Shown piece by piece: positions 8,772 through 16,958 of a DNA stretch of 64,000 nt (position 1 is its first letter; every line of letters starts with the position of its first letter). The stretch spans positions 74,653 to 138,652 of the IMG/VR virus record IMGVR_UViG_3300045541_000131, one strand, 5' to 3'. The DNA is from a virus. The position numbers and the translations under genes were made by a program. Under the pieces are notes generated by a model. The model did not search any database and was not told where the DNA came from. It worked only from the letters and a program-made list of their open reading frames with translations.

Positions 8772-9451
8772 AAGAACAACTGCTAGAACAAGGATTTGTT
8801 GTAGTAAAAAATACAATACCAAAGATCATCATTGATCATATTAACGAGCGTTGGTGGGAGCTAAGACCCGATCGTGGTCATGCTGTAGATAACAAATACT
8901 TTCCCAGAGGCAAAGTTCTTGAATGTCCGGAGTTTGCTTTGTGGTGGAGTCAACAGCTACACGATTGGATGGAAGTACAAGCAGTGGGAAGAATACTGCT
9001 AAATCATGTAGGACATTTATTTACAGATCCTGCGGTATATGTAGCAGACATCATTACTAACACACCTAAAAACAAATACATCAAGCCCCACATCGACAGC
9101 CCGTATCGTTTTGATCGTTGGCACGAAAGGTTTGATCTGCTTGGTGTTCAATGTATTATTCCTCTTTGCGAGTTTACACAAGCCAACGGAGGAACAGGAT
9201 TATTACCAGGTAGTCATAAAAAGAATTGGGTGGTACAAGATAGCTATCGCGGTGTTTATAATGAAGAATTTTTACAAGGTGTTGTGCAACCGCATATGAT
9301 GCCAGGAGATGCATTAATTTATTTTCCCCGTGTTCTTCACAGTACCATGCCCAATAATACTGAATACGATCGCAGGGCATTATTAGTACACATTACCAGC
9401 AAAGAAATGATTAACCAAATGAAATTGGTAGACAATATTTGGTTAGAATAA
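8753..9451 (+). CDS. Phytanoyl-CoA dioxygenase (PhyH)-family 2OG-Fe(II) oxygenase
   Basis: PHID (HxD), NGGT..LPGSH, PGDAL.....LHS...N...RRA. Confidence 0.88.
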   Translation: MGPQGLKEQLLEQGFVVVKNTIPKIIIDHINERWWELRPDRGHAVDNKYFPRGKVLECPEFALWWSQQLHDWMEVQAVGRILLNHVGHLFTDPAVYVADIITNTPKNKYIKPHIDSPYRFDRWHERFDLLGVQCIIPLCEFTQANGGTGLLPGSHKKNWVVQDSYRGVYNEEFLQGVVQPHMMPGDALIYFPRVLHSTMPNNTEYDRRALLVHITSKEMINQMKLVDNIWLE

Positions 9452-9487
9452 TCAAAAACCTGTCAACTGACTTGGTATCCTAGGCGT

Positions 9488-9517
9488 TAAATATATAAGC
9501 AAGTAAATTTACTTGCT
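9488..9517 (+). promoter_or_regulatory. TAAATA late box followed by a perfect 20-bp palindrome
   Basis: TAAATA 9488-9493; AGCAAGTAAATTTACTTGCT 9498-9517. Confidence 0.55.
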
Positions 9518-9541
9518 GAGATTTCGTCAAAGGAGATAAAC

Positions 9542-9787
9542 ATGAAATCACTTATCGCTATCGTTGCTGCTCTGGCCGTTGGTACTGCATTTGCTAATGC
9601 CCCTGCTAAAACTGAAGAAGTTAAGAAGCCTGCGGCTGCTACTACTCCAGCTCCTGCCACACCTAAGGAAATGCCTAAGGTAGAAAAGCCAAAGACCAAG
9701 GCTGAAAAGGAGGCTGAAAAGAAAGCTGCCACCAAAAGTGAGCCTGCTAAGGCAGAGCCCGCTAAAACCGAAGCTGCTAAGAAGTAA
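9542..9787 (+). CDS. Secreted/periplasmic low-complexity Ala/Lys/Pro/Glu protein
   Basis: AAGGAG RBS; signal peptide MKSLIAIVAALAVGTAFA; EPAK repeats. Confidence 0.8.
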   Translation: MKSLIAIVAALAVGTAFANAPAKTEEVKKPAAATTPAPATPKEMPKVEKPKTKAEKEAEKKAATKSEPAKAEPAKTEAAKK

Positions 9788-10010
9788 TCCGCATAGAGTT
9801 GCACTAGTTATCATTGATGGATTCGATCCATTAGAAATTGAAATAAACGATGACTTTATCTATGTTGGATATACACGCCGGCCAGATGAGTTAGATTTTA
9901 TTGCTGACAATGACGACGATGAACTCAGTGATTATGTAAAGCTAAGACTTTTTCTCGCAAGAGAAATGGCACTTAGAGCATACAAAAGGAAACAAGAGGA
10001 AGCCGCTTAA
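9738..10010 (+). CDS. Hypothetical acidic protein (start uncertain)
   Basis: DDDELSDYVK.RL.LAR..AL..Y; followed by terminator. Confidence 0.45.
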   Translation: MSLLRQSPLKPKLLRSNPHRVALVIIDGFDPLEIEINDDFIYVGYTRRPDELDFIADNDDDELSDYVKLRLFLAREMALRAYKRKQEEAA

Positions 10011-10024
10011 TGCGGCTTCTTTTT
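9999..10024 (+). terminator. Rho-independent terminator
   Basis: GAAGCCGC-TTAAT-GCGGCTTC then TTTTT. Confidence 0.7.
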
Positions 10025-10033
10025 GACAAAATT

Positions 10034-10210
10034 ATGATCCAGCATTACATCGTTCGCTATGATGATCACAAGGATCAATATTGCGTGTTAGAAGTTTTAG
10101 AGTGCGAATTAAAACTACATAGCATGTACAACACTCTTGCAGGAGCGAGATCCAATGCCGACAAACTCAATGAGCAATACCAAAAGTCTTTGGCAAGTCA
10201 ACATCACTGA
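10034..10210 (+). CDS. Hypothetical protein
   Basis: Short ORF; upstream ATG 10010 lies inside the terminator. Confidence 0.45.
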   Translation: MIQHYIVRYDDHKDQYCVLEVLECELKLHSMYNTLAGARSNADKLNEQYQKSLASQHH

Positions 10211-10340
10211 TATTAACGGTCAAGTGGTTGAAGAAATAACTTTTGAATTCCGTAAGGAAGCCGAGTTTTTTGCTCGACAATACAATCAGGATCCAGAACC
10301 AAACACCCAAGCTCAACTTCCTGTAGAAACCAAATATTGA
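10155..10340 (+). CDS. Hypothetical protein
   Basis: AGGAG RBS; stop lies within the next -35 box. Confidence 0.5.
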   Translation: MPTNSMSNTKSLWQVNITDINGQVVEEITFEFRKEAEFFARQYNQDPEPNTQAQLPVETKY

Positions 10341-10365
10341 CACAAATTGGTTTTGGTGCTACACT
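10337..10365 (+). promoter_or_regulatory. Early sigma70 promoter (TTGACA-CAAATT family)
   Basis: TTGACA-17-TACACT. Confidence 0.75.
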
Positions 10366-10386
10366 AGCAAAATCGTAAACAAGGAG

Positions 10387-10596
10387 ATGGCTATGAGCCG
10401 TATGCGTGATTTGGTTATTGACATCCAAGATGCCATTGAGCAAGGCAGCGAATCCTTTGTGGAAATTGCCGAGCGTTTTAATGTGACATTCGCTGATGTC
10501 AAGGCCATTTCTGACGCCCTTGACGACTACTATGATATGCTGGCTCGTAGCCATACCGCAGTAGATGTGGGCTGTGAGTTTGATCCCAAATATTGA
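10387..10596 (+). CDS. Hypothetical early protein
   Basis: AAGGAG RBS (start 10387 or 10393), own promoter. Confidence 0.7.
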   Translation: MAMSRMRDLVIDIQDAIEQGSESFVEIAERFNVTFADVKAISDALDDYYDMLARSHTAVDVGCEFDPKY

Positions 10597-10621
10597 CACT
10601 AAATTGGTTTGAGCTTACAAT
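10593..10621 (+). promoter_or_regulatory. Early sigma70 promoter
   Basis: TTGACA-17-TACAAT. Confidence 0.75.
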
Positions 10622-10651
10622 AGCATTATCGTGAACAAAACGGAGACCACA

Positions 10652-10933
10652 ATGGCTACCGAAATCTATAATCAGTTGACCGAGCAGGAAAAGCGCGAAG
10701 TTCGCATGTATGGCTGTACCGTTGAGCAGATGCGTGAAGCGGTTGAAGACAGCTTTACCTTTCGCTTCTCGGGTCCTGCTATGATGGCTGCTAGCCTTAT
10801 GAGCGACTGCCAGGAGATGCTGGCACACGACAACGGTGGCACCTACGACTTTATGGCAGTAGAAGATGTGCGTCAAACGCTGAATCGTGCTAAGTGGATT
10901 CTGTTCACTTATGTTATGGAAAAGCGAGCCTAA
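10652..10933 (+). CDS. Hypothetical early protein
   Basis: GGAG RBS before ATG 10652; S.MSD.QE...RQ.LN.AK. Confidence 0.7.
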   Translation: MATEIYNQLTEQEKREVRMYGCTVEQMREAVEDSFTFRFSGPAMMAASLMSDCQEMLAHDNGGTYDFMAVEDVRQTLNRAKWILFTYVMEKRA

Positions 10934-10943
10934 AGAGACTGTT

Positions 10944-11192
10944 ATGCCCAGCATGAGTTATTGCCTCTGTGAGAATACCAGTGCCGACATGCAGGAAATT
11001 TTAAGCCGCATGTTTGACAATGGCGTCAAATATGTCAAGGGTATGAATCGCTACGAGCGTGATGCCTACAACGAACTCTACGAGCAGTGCCGTGAGTTTA
11101 TGGCTCAATACGAAGAAATTGAAGACAAGCAAATGGAGTCAAGAGATACAGACTATCTGGATTCTGACACTCACTTAGAGCAAGTAGAATGA
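10944..11192 (+). CDS. Hypothetical early protein
   Basis: MPSMSYC..ENT..D... Confidence 0.65.
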   Translation: MPSMSYCLCENTSADMQEILSRMFDNGVKYVKGMNRYERDAYNELYEQCREFMAQYEEIEDKQMESRDTDYLDSDTHLEQVE

Positions 11193-11380
11193 ACGAACGA
11201 ATTCTAGAACTTATCCGTGATGTAGGATTCACTAACAGTGATCTAGGTGATGGCAGAGATCAAATGTTGATTGAATTCGCCGAGTTGATTGTGCGAGAAT
11301 GTGTAGGTATTGCTGATGAATACGATGGTGTTGGTTCTACTATTGTAAGCAGGATCAAACAACATTTCGGAGTTGAATGA
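11189..11380 (+). CDS. MNERI...FAELIVREC...FGVE family protein, copy 1
   Basis: Shares three blocks with the next two ORFs. Confidence 0.75.
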   Translation: MNERILELIRDVGFTNSDLGDGRDQMLIEFAELIVRECVGIADEYDGVGSTIVSRIKQHFGVE

Positions 11381-11715
11381 TGAACGAACGAATTAAAGAA
11401 CTTGTTTTCCAGGCTGGATTCATTGGAGAAAGCATGAATCCTATTATTGGGACTAGTCAAGCAACGGCATTGGAAAATTTCGCCGAATTAATTATTAAAA
11501 AGTGCGTCACGATTGGCAACTATGCTTACGACGGCGGTGAATATCCTGGGACAATGATCAAAGAATATTTCGGAGTTGAAAAACTACCTGCTTGTAAACA
11601 CGATTGGTATAGTGCCCGAAACCCAGTTATACAAAATGGCAGTATTTGCGTTATTTGTGGTGTTATCGATCCCAGAGAACCGGAGGAGTTAAATCGTGAA
11701 CGAACGAATTCGTGA
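11377..11715 (+). CDS. MNERI...FGVE family protein, copy 2, with C-terminal CxH...CxxC extension
   Basis: Same blocks, then reads on into CKHDW...CVICG. Confidence 0.7.
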   Translation: MMNERIKELVFQAGFIGESMNPIIGTSQATALENFAELIIKKCVTIGNYAYDGGEYPGTMIKEYFGVEKLPACKHDWYSARNPVIQNGSICVICGVIDPREPEELNRERTNS

Positions 11716-11914
11716 ACTTGAGAAACAGGCGACGGAAACAGTGAAATGTGGTCTAAACGGTACTTCCACTACTGAAAGTTTTAATCGTAAAAAGTTTGCC
11801 GAGTTGATTGTCAGGGAATGTGCTAGTATTGATTTTAGACACAAAGTTGGATTGTCATCCGATGATGATTTTGAAATCAGTAAGGTTATTAAACAACATT
11901 TCGGAGTCAAATGA
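11696..11914 (+). CDS. MNERI...FGVE family protein, copy 3
   Basis: GGAGGAG RBS, GTG start, same blocks. Confidence 0.75.
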   Translation: MNERIRELEKQATETVKCGLNGTSTTESFNRKKFAELIVRECASIDFRHKVGLSSDDDFEISKVIKQHFGVK

Positions 11915-12156
11915 TGATTAAGATTGACGGACTTACTCGCGAACAATGCGACATGTTGAACATTATTTGGGGTTTCAAGAGTCGGGAAGATTTTGAAGAA
12001 TGGCAATTAGGCTTGCCCTTTGACCAACTGATGGTCAGTGCCGCACTGGTTGAATTGATTGCCCTTGCTATTTTGGAAGAAGACATGGGCGATAAATATC
12101 GAGCCGAAGCCCAAGCGGTTATCCAAAAGATTCAATCAAAATTTGACACAAATTGA
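11911..12156 (+). CDS. Hypothetical early protein
   Basis: ATGA overlap; I.GLT.EQ.DML..IW. Confidence 0.65.
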   Translation: MMIKIDGLTREQCDMLNIIWGFKSREDFEEWQLGLPFDQLMVSAALVELIALAILEEDMGDKYRAEAQAVIQKIQSKFDTN

Positions 12157-12171
12157 ACAATCCACTATAAT
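12143..12171 (+). promoter_or_regulatory. Early sigma70 promoter (consensus)
   Basis: TTGACA-17-TATAAT. Confidence 0.85.
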
Positions 12172-12180
12172 ACAAGAATT

Positions 12181-12336
12181 ATGAAACGAGAAGTTATCAC
12201 TGTCCAAATCCCGCGCCAAAAGCGCCGTGCTGACTTCTTGTTCCATAACGGTGCTTATCGCCCGCAGACTGTCAAAAGCCGGAAAGTCTACAACCGTAAA
12301 CAAATGGCTAAACCGAATATTGACACAAATTGGTGA
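12181..12336 (+). CDS. Small basic protein, ArfA-like motif (51 aa, absent from ORF track)
   Basis: Manual translation MKREVITVQIPRQKRRADFLFHNGAYRPQTVKSRKVYNRKQMAKPNIDTNW; directly after a consensus promoter. Confidence 0.6.
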   Translation: MKREVITVQIPRQKRRADFLFHNGAYRPQTVKSRKVYNRKQMAKPNIDTNW

Positions 12337-12349
12337 TAGGTACTATAAT
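12320..12349 (+). promoter_or_regulatory. Early sigma70 promoter
   Basis: TTGACA-18-TATAAT. Confidence 0.75.
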
Positions 12350-12415
12350 AGAGGTATGATGAGCAATGGTGCTAATCATACATTTTTGACACACAGAGAG
12401 AAAGGTATTTTTATC

Positions 12416-12676
12416 ATGGCTACTTCTAAGACTTTTAAGGTTATCGGCATTTCTACCCTCAAGGGTAAGACTAAGGTTCGTTATGCGAACGACTTGGCGA
12501 CTCGTATCAAGAATCTGGTTAAGAACGGTCACACCGGTGTCGAGCTGTTCGAGCTGCCCGCTGCTATGACCAAGGAAGCAGGTCTCGCTTACGCTCGTGA
12601 GCAGAACCTGTTTGCTATCCCGGCAGACACTGATGTTTCTGCTGACGAAGTCGTTGCCGCCGCCCAAGGCGAGTAA
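12416..12676 (+). CDS. Hypothetical early protein
   Basis: AAAGGT RBS before ATG 12416; KVRYAND...R.K.L.K.GHT..EL.ELP..MTK; strong codon bias. Confidence 0.75.
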   Translation: MATSKTFKVIGISTLKGKTKVRYANDLATRIKNLVKNGHTGVELFELPAAMTKEAGLAYAREQNLFAIPADTDVSADEVVAAAQGE

Positions 12677-12687
12677 TCCTAACTAAG

Positions 12688-12716
12688 GCAGGGGCGCAAT
12701 GCCCCTGCTGTTGTTT
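12688..12716 (+). terminator. GC-rich stem-loop, possible terminator or processing site
   Basis: GCAGGGGC-GCAAT-GCCCCTGC then TGTTGTTT. Confidence 0.6.
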
Positions 12717-12721
12717 ATACT

Positions 12722-12862
12722 ATGGAAAACTTTCTTATCAGCGTTGAACGCGAAGCCGATGGCTCTTATGTGGCTATCTTCTCCGATGGCCAAAGTGTGC
12801 CGCTCGATGCTCAAACTTATCACGATGCTGTTCTTGAAGCAGATCATCTCGAGGTTGCGTAA
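12722..12862 (+). CDS. Hypothetical protein (46 aa, absent from ORF track)
   Basis: MENFLISVEREADGSYVAIFSDGQSVPLDAQTYHDAVLEADHLEVA; TAATG-coupled to next gene. Confidence 0.6.
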   Translation: MENFLISVEREADGSYVAIFSDGQSVPLDAQTYHDAVLEADHLEVA

Positions 12863-13161
12863 TGGGTAAAATCAATCAAGCCGGCAGGCACTACGAAGTT
12901 TTCGATCCCTTCAACAAGAAGCATCGACAAATCTTTCACGAAGCACTCAAGTACAAGACTTGGGGTCGCAGTCCTATTCGGTTCTGGTTGGACGAAACTA
13001 CTGACAACCTCATGGACCAGTGTACCAAGAAGATTGCCAAATACTATCTTCTTAAAGAATTCGGTAAGTTGGAAAACGACGAACCTTTTGAAGGCGTTCG
13101 TATTCGCCCCAATCCCGATTCCGGCGCTGTGAAGCGCAGTCAATCTATTGACAGTTTTTAA
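12862..13161 (+). CDS. Hypothetical phage protein
   Basis: FDP.NK.HR......L...TWG.SP.RF...YY..KEF. Confidence 0.7.
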   Translation: MGKINQAGRHYEVFDPFNKKHRQIFHEALKYKTWGRSPIRFWLDETTDNLMDQCTKKIAKYYLLKEFGKLENDEPFEGVRIRPNPDSGAVKRSQSIDSF

Positions 13162-13190
13162 TCGACACAAATTCCCGTTGGCACTATAAT
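13162..13190 (+). promoter_or_regulatory. Early sigma70 promoter
   Basis: TCGACA-CAAATT...-17-TATAAT. Confidence 0.7.
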
Positions 13191-13218
13191 ACGAGTATTG
13201 TTTAACAAGGAGCCCTAA

Positions 13219-14325
13219 ATGGCAAAGCAAGAGAAAATCGAAGGTCGCACCGTTAAGATCAGCGAAGCGAAGCGTTATATCCGCAAGGCCTTTGCAGCCA
13301 AGCGTCCCGTGTTCCTGTGGGGAGCACCTGGCATCGGCAAGTCAGATATTGCCGCTCAACTAGCAGAAGACATGGGCGGTGCCCTTGTTGATATTCGTCT
13401 TAACCTGTGGGAACCCACTGATATCAAGGGTATTCCGTTTTTTAACGCTAACTCCAGCAAGATGGAGTGGGCGCCACCCGCTGAACTGCCTACTGAAGAG
13501 TTTGCCAGTCAGTATCCTATCGTGGTTCTGTTCCTTGACGAACTGGCTAGTGCTCCGCCCGCTGTTCAAACTGCGGCTTATCAGCTGATTCTTAATCGCC
13601 GTGTTGGCACTTATAAGCTGCCTGACAATGTGGTTATGATGGCAGCAGGTAATCGAATGACCGACAAGGGTGTGACTTATCGCATGCCTACTCCGTTGGC
13701 TAATCGTTTCATGCACTTCGAACTTCGTGTGGACTTTGCTGACTGGAACCTGTGGGCTCTGCAGAATCGTGTGCATCCCGATGTGGTTGGTTACTTGAAC
13801 TGGGCTAAGAATGATCTCTACAATTTCGATCCTACTGTTCATGATCGTTCGTTCGCCACTCCGCGCTCGTGGAGTTTCGTGAGCGATGTTATTGACGACA
13901 CTATGACCGAGAACGAGCAGACCGATATGGTTGCCTCCTGCATTGGCGAAGGTCTTGCTATCAAGTTTATGGCACATCGCAAGATTGCCGCCGACTTGCC
14001 TAACCCCAGCGATGTGCTAGCAGGTAAGGTCAAGGACCTTAAGGTCAAGGAAGTCAGTGCTATGTACTCGCTGACTACTAGTCTCTGCTACGAGCTCAAG
14101 GACGGCTACGAGAATGCCAAAAAGAGCGGCAAGTTGGATACATGGCATAGCCAGTGCGAGAACTTTATCCAGTACATGATGGATAACTTCGAAGCCGAAA
14201 TGGTTATCATGGGAGCTCATACTGCACTCAAGAACTACAACCTGCCGTTTGATCACAAGAAGCTCAAGAACTTCCCCGAGTTCTTCAAGCGGTACGCTCA
14301 CTTGGTTGTTGATGTTAGTAACTAA
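13219..14325 (+). CDS. MoxR-like AAA+ ATPase
   Basis: Walker A GAPGIGKS, Walker B LFLDE, AAGNR sensor, LANRF Arg finger, TPRSW. Confidence 0.9.
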   Translation: MAKQEKIEGRTVKISEAKRYIRKAFAAKRPVFLWGAPGIGKSDIAAQLAEDMGGALVDIRLNLWEPTDIKGIPFFNANSSKMEWAPPAELPTEEFASQYPIVVLFLDELASAPPAVQTAAYQLILNRRVGTYKLPDNVVMMAAGNRMTDKGVTYRMPTPLANRFMHFELRVDFADWNLWALQNRVHPDVVGYLNWAKNDLYNFDPTVHDRSFATPRSWSFVSDVIDDTMTENEQTDMVASCIGEGLAIKFMAHRKIAADLPNPSDVLAGKVKDLKVKEVSAMYSLTTSLCYELKDGYENAKKSGKLDTWHSQCENFIQYMMDNFEAEMVIMGAHTALKNYNLPFDHKKLKNFPEFFKRYAHLVVDVSN

Positions 14326-14336
14326 GACTGTACATG

Positions 14337-14360
14337 AAAAGGGATCTAAGATCCCTTTTT
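14337..14360 (+). terminator. Rho-independent terminator
   Basis: AAAAGGGATC-TAA-GATCCCTTTT-T just after the ATPase stop. Confidence 0.75.
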
Positions 14361-14439
14361 CTACGACTACACTTACCTTAGTCTACGGAGAAATTGAATA
14401 TATCAGAAGTGTGTTCGGCACCGATGCTGTAACTAGATG

Positions 14440-14647
14440 GATGATTATTGAATATTTCGAACAGGCTCGCGAAACATGGCATAAAGGTTCTTATGGCCGT
14501 GTCGCAAGTCTAGAAGACTTAAAAAAGTGGTGTCATACACAAGGCATAGGCAGACTACATTATTATGTACCGCCTGGTAGTCTGGATGTCTATTTCAAAG
14601 AAGGCCCGCATGTTTTCCTATTCAATTTGAAGTTTGGAATTAATTGA
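14440..14647 (+). CDS. Hypothetical protein (start uncertain; track ORF 14249)
   Basis: KWC......YFK......F.LKF pattern of small phage proteins. Confidence 0.45.
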
Positions 14648-14672
14648 CACTTAATACCAAATGTCGTATAAT
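14644..14672 (+). promoter_or_regulatory. Early sigma70 promoter (consensus)
   Basis: TTGACA-17-TATAAT. Confidence 0.85.
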
Positions 14673-14698
14673 AAGTATATTACAAAGGAGTATTTGCA

Positions 14699-15895
14699 AT
14701 GAAACTAGATGTGCGTGATCGGCTTACTAAGGCCCGTGTTAAGATGCTACTCAAGCATCCGTTCTGGGGTAACTTGGCTACCCGCTTGAAGTTGGTAGAA
14801 GCCAGCGACTGGTGCTCTACTGCCGCTACCGACGGTCGCCACTTTTACTACTGCACTGATTTTATCAACAAGCTCGACGACGACGAGCTGGTGTTCTTGT
14901 TTGGTCACGAAGTAGGCCATTGCGTATTCAATCACATGACTCGTCGTGGCGAGCGTGATCCGCAAGTGTGGAACATGGCAGGTGACTATATTGTCAACGA
15001 CATGCTACTGCAAAACAATGTAGGCAAGAGAATCACTACTGTTCCTATTCTGCACGACATCAAGTACCGCGACATGGTCACCGAAGAAGTCTATGACGAG
15101 CTGATGAAGAACGCTGTCAAGATCCAAATGACCTTGGACATGCACATGGACGGCTCAGGCGAAGAAGGCGAAAAAAACGGCCTGGGCAGTGACGGCAAGT
15201 CTAAAAGCTCTAAGATCAAAATTGACGAAGAGACCGCTAAGAAGATTCGCGACGAACTCAAGGAGGCTGTACTGCAATCGGCACAGGCTGCTGGTGCTGG
15301 CAATACGCCCGCGGGCATCAAGCGACTGATCCAACAGTTTACCGCTCCCAAGATGCGTTGGCAAGACATCTTGCGTATTCAACTCGAGAGCAGTCTCAAG
15401 AATAACTATTCGTTCATGCGTCCCAGCCGCAAGGGTTGGCATACTGGTGCTGTTCTTCCTGGCATGTTGCCTGCTGAACACTTGGATGTTGCTATTGCGC
15501 TAGATGTGTCGGGCAGTATCAGCGAAGACATGATCCGCGACTTCCTCAGCGAAGTTAAGGGCATGATGGATATGTATACTACCTATGCCATTCATGTGTT
15601 CTGCTTTGATACTGCCGTTTACAATCCGGTTACCTTTACCGAAGACAGTGGCGATGACATTCACGACTACGAGCCCATGGGCGGCGGTGGCACTGACTTT
15701 GAGTGTGCCTTTAATTACATGAAGGAAGAAGGCATCGAGCCCAAGCAGTTCATCATGTTCACTGACGGCTACCCGTTCGGGTCATGGGGCGATGAAAAGT
15801 ATTGTGACACCGTGTTTGTTATTCACGGCAATGACCAAATTGAAGCACCGTTTGGCATCACTGCACACTACGAATACGAACCTAGTACAGTGTAA
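14699..15895 (+). CDS. DUF2201-type metallopeptidase-like domain + vWA domain protein (MoxR partner)
   Basis: TAATDG, HEVGH (HExxH), WN.A.DY.VN, MIDAS DVSGS, GGGGTDF, FTDG. Confidence 0.9.
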   Translation: MKLDVRDRLTKARVKMLLKHPFWGNLATRLKLVEASDWCSTAATDGRHFYYCTDFINKLDDDELVFLFGHEVGHCVFNHMTRRGERDPQVWNMAGDYIVNDMLLQNNVGKRITTVPILHDIKYRDMVTEEVYDELMKNAVKIQMTLDMHMDGSGEEGEKNGLGSDGKSKSSKIKIDEETAKKIRDELKEAVLQSAQAAGAGNTPAGIKRLIQQFTAPKMRWQDILRIQLESSLKNNYSFMRPSRKGWHTGAVLPGMLPAEHLDVAIALDVSGSISEDMIRDFLSEVKGMMDMYTTYAIHVFCFDTAVYNPVTFTEDSGDDIHDYEPMGGGGTDFECAFNYMKEEGIEPKQFIMFTDGYPFGSWGDEKYCDTVFVIHGNDQIEAPFGITAHYEYEPSTV

Positions 15896-16958
15896 ACTGA
15901 TCGCTGTTTATAATTTTTTGTAAAATGTCGGATTGTTGCAAAACATCCGACATTTTTTTTGTTGTAGTAGTGTGATCAATTCCGAAAACATTACAAATAT
16001 ATTTTATGTGGCTTTCAGCCTTATCTAACAAACTAATGATAGAAGAATTATCAGCAGTAGCGAAATAAGGATCGACTTTTATTAATTGATCTAAATTTTT
16101 GTTGATAATAAGATCGTGCATGTCAACATCAATAACTGTTGCTAGTTTATTTGCTATCAAAGGCTTAAAAATTCTTTGAGCTTTGTTATTAAATTCGAAT
16201 TCGATTTCTTTTTCTGACCATTGGAAGCTATTTTTTAGACGGCGGATAGCGTCTTTCGTATTAAAAAAATCTAATTTATTAAATACTGGTAGGGTTGTAT
16301 TTTTTATAGTATTTTGAAAATAACAATGCTTATAGAATACCAAAACTTCACCTAACCAAAATTTATCTACAGGGAAAAAACAATTAACTATTTTGCGATA
16401 GAAAAAAGGTTGAAAAAAAGTTCTTTCTGGAAATAAATTAGATATACTGCTGGGAGCAAATTCATGTAGTTCCGAGTCATGAAATTTAACGAACGGAAAG
16501 TCGCAGTCTTTAAAGGTGTTATTATTACGATGGTATAACTCCAATACCAATTCGTGTAATTTCGTATCATCCATTTCACCAAATATATTATCAGTTTTGC
16601 CATAAACCGAATTGGTTTTTTGAGATATAAATTTTGAATTCCATTTATCAATTGCATATTGGAATGTCACGTGAGCAAAAGCAAGATCTATTTCGATCAG
16701 ATCAGAATGATAATTGCTAAGGATTTGATATATCTTTTTATATTTTTCACGGCGATATTTTCTGTTTTGGCCAAAGATATTTCCTATACGATCTTCTACC
16801 GACCACTCAAAAGTACCATCATGAGCAAAATTCCTGACGGCCATTTCATTGTTGTAATCAAGATGCTTGTCTACCATTAGCCTTAAAAAGAAAGCACCCA
16901 TATGGCCAGGAATCCAAGAAACAGGAACTAAGTCCTTGAGATAATCAAATTTTTCCAT
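15882..16958 (-). CDS. Hypothetical AT-rich protein
   Basis: 358-aa ORF; N-terminal SWIPGHMGAF Gly loop; TAAATA 6 nt upstream of ATG. Confidence 0.7.
   Translation of the reverse strand: MEKFDYLKDLVPVSWIPGHMGAFFLRLMVDKHLDYNNEMAVRNFAHDGTFEWSVEDRIGNIFGQNRKYRREKYKKIYQILSNYHSDLIEIDLAFAHVTFQYAIDKWNSKFISQKTNSVYGKTDNIFGEMDDTKLHELVLELYHRNNNTFKDCDFPFVKFHDSELHEFAPSSISNLFPERTFFQPFFYRKIVNCFFPVDKFWLGEVLVFYKHCYFQNTIKNTTLPVFNKLDFFNTKDAIRRLKNSFQWSEKEIEFEFNNKAQRIFKPLIANKLATVIDVDMHDLIINKNLDQLIKVDPYFATADNSSIISLLDKAESHIKYICNVFGIDHTTTTKKMSDVLQQSDILQKIINSDQFTLY
15922..15960. terminator. Bidirectional terminator-like hairpin
   Basis: AAAATGTCGGAT...ATCCGACATTTT plus T-run at a convergent gene junction. Confidence 0.6.

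Larger units (their letters stand above)
11189..11914 (+). repeat. Three tandem gene cassettes sharing short DNA blocks
   Basis: TGAACGAACGAATT x3; GCCGA(G/A)TT(G/A)ATT x3; ATTTCGGAGT(TG/CA)AA x3. Confidence 0.75.

Noticed and set aside
11189-11914. Diversity-generating retroelement TR/VR pair
   Set aside because: Differences are not adenine-specific and no reverse transcriptase is in the window
12227-12415. N-terminal extension of ORF 12227..12676
   Set aside because: Spans a promoter and a better ORF (12181..12336); the RBS supports ATG 12416
10331-14672. Repeated TTGACACAAATT and cassette blocks as a CRISPR array
   Set aside because: Repeats are short, degenerate and irregularly spaced, and are explained as promoters or coding blocks; no cas genes
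13360-15481. Long antisense ORFs (13360..13977, 14017..14301, 15155..15481 and similar)
   Set aside because: Shadows of strongly codon-biased MoxR and vWA genes; no RBS or motifs
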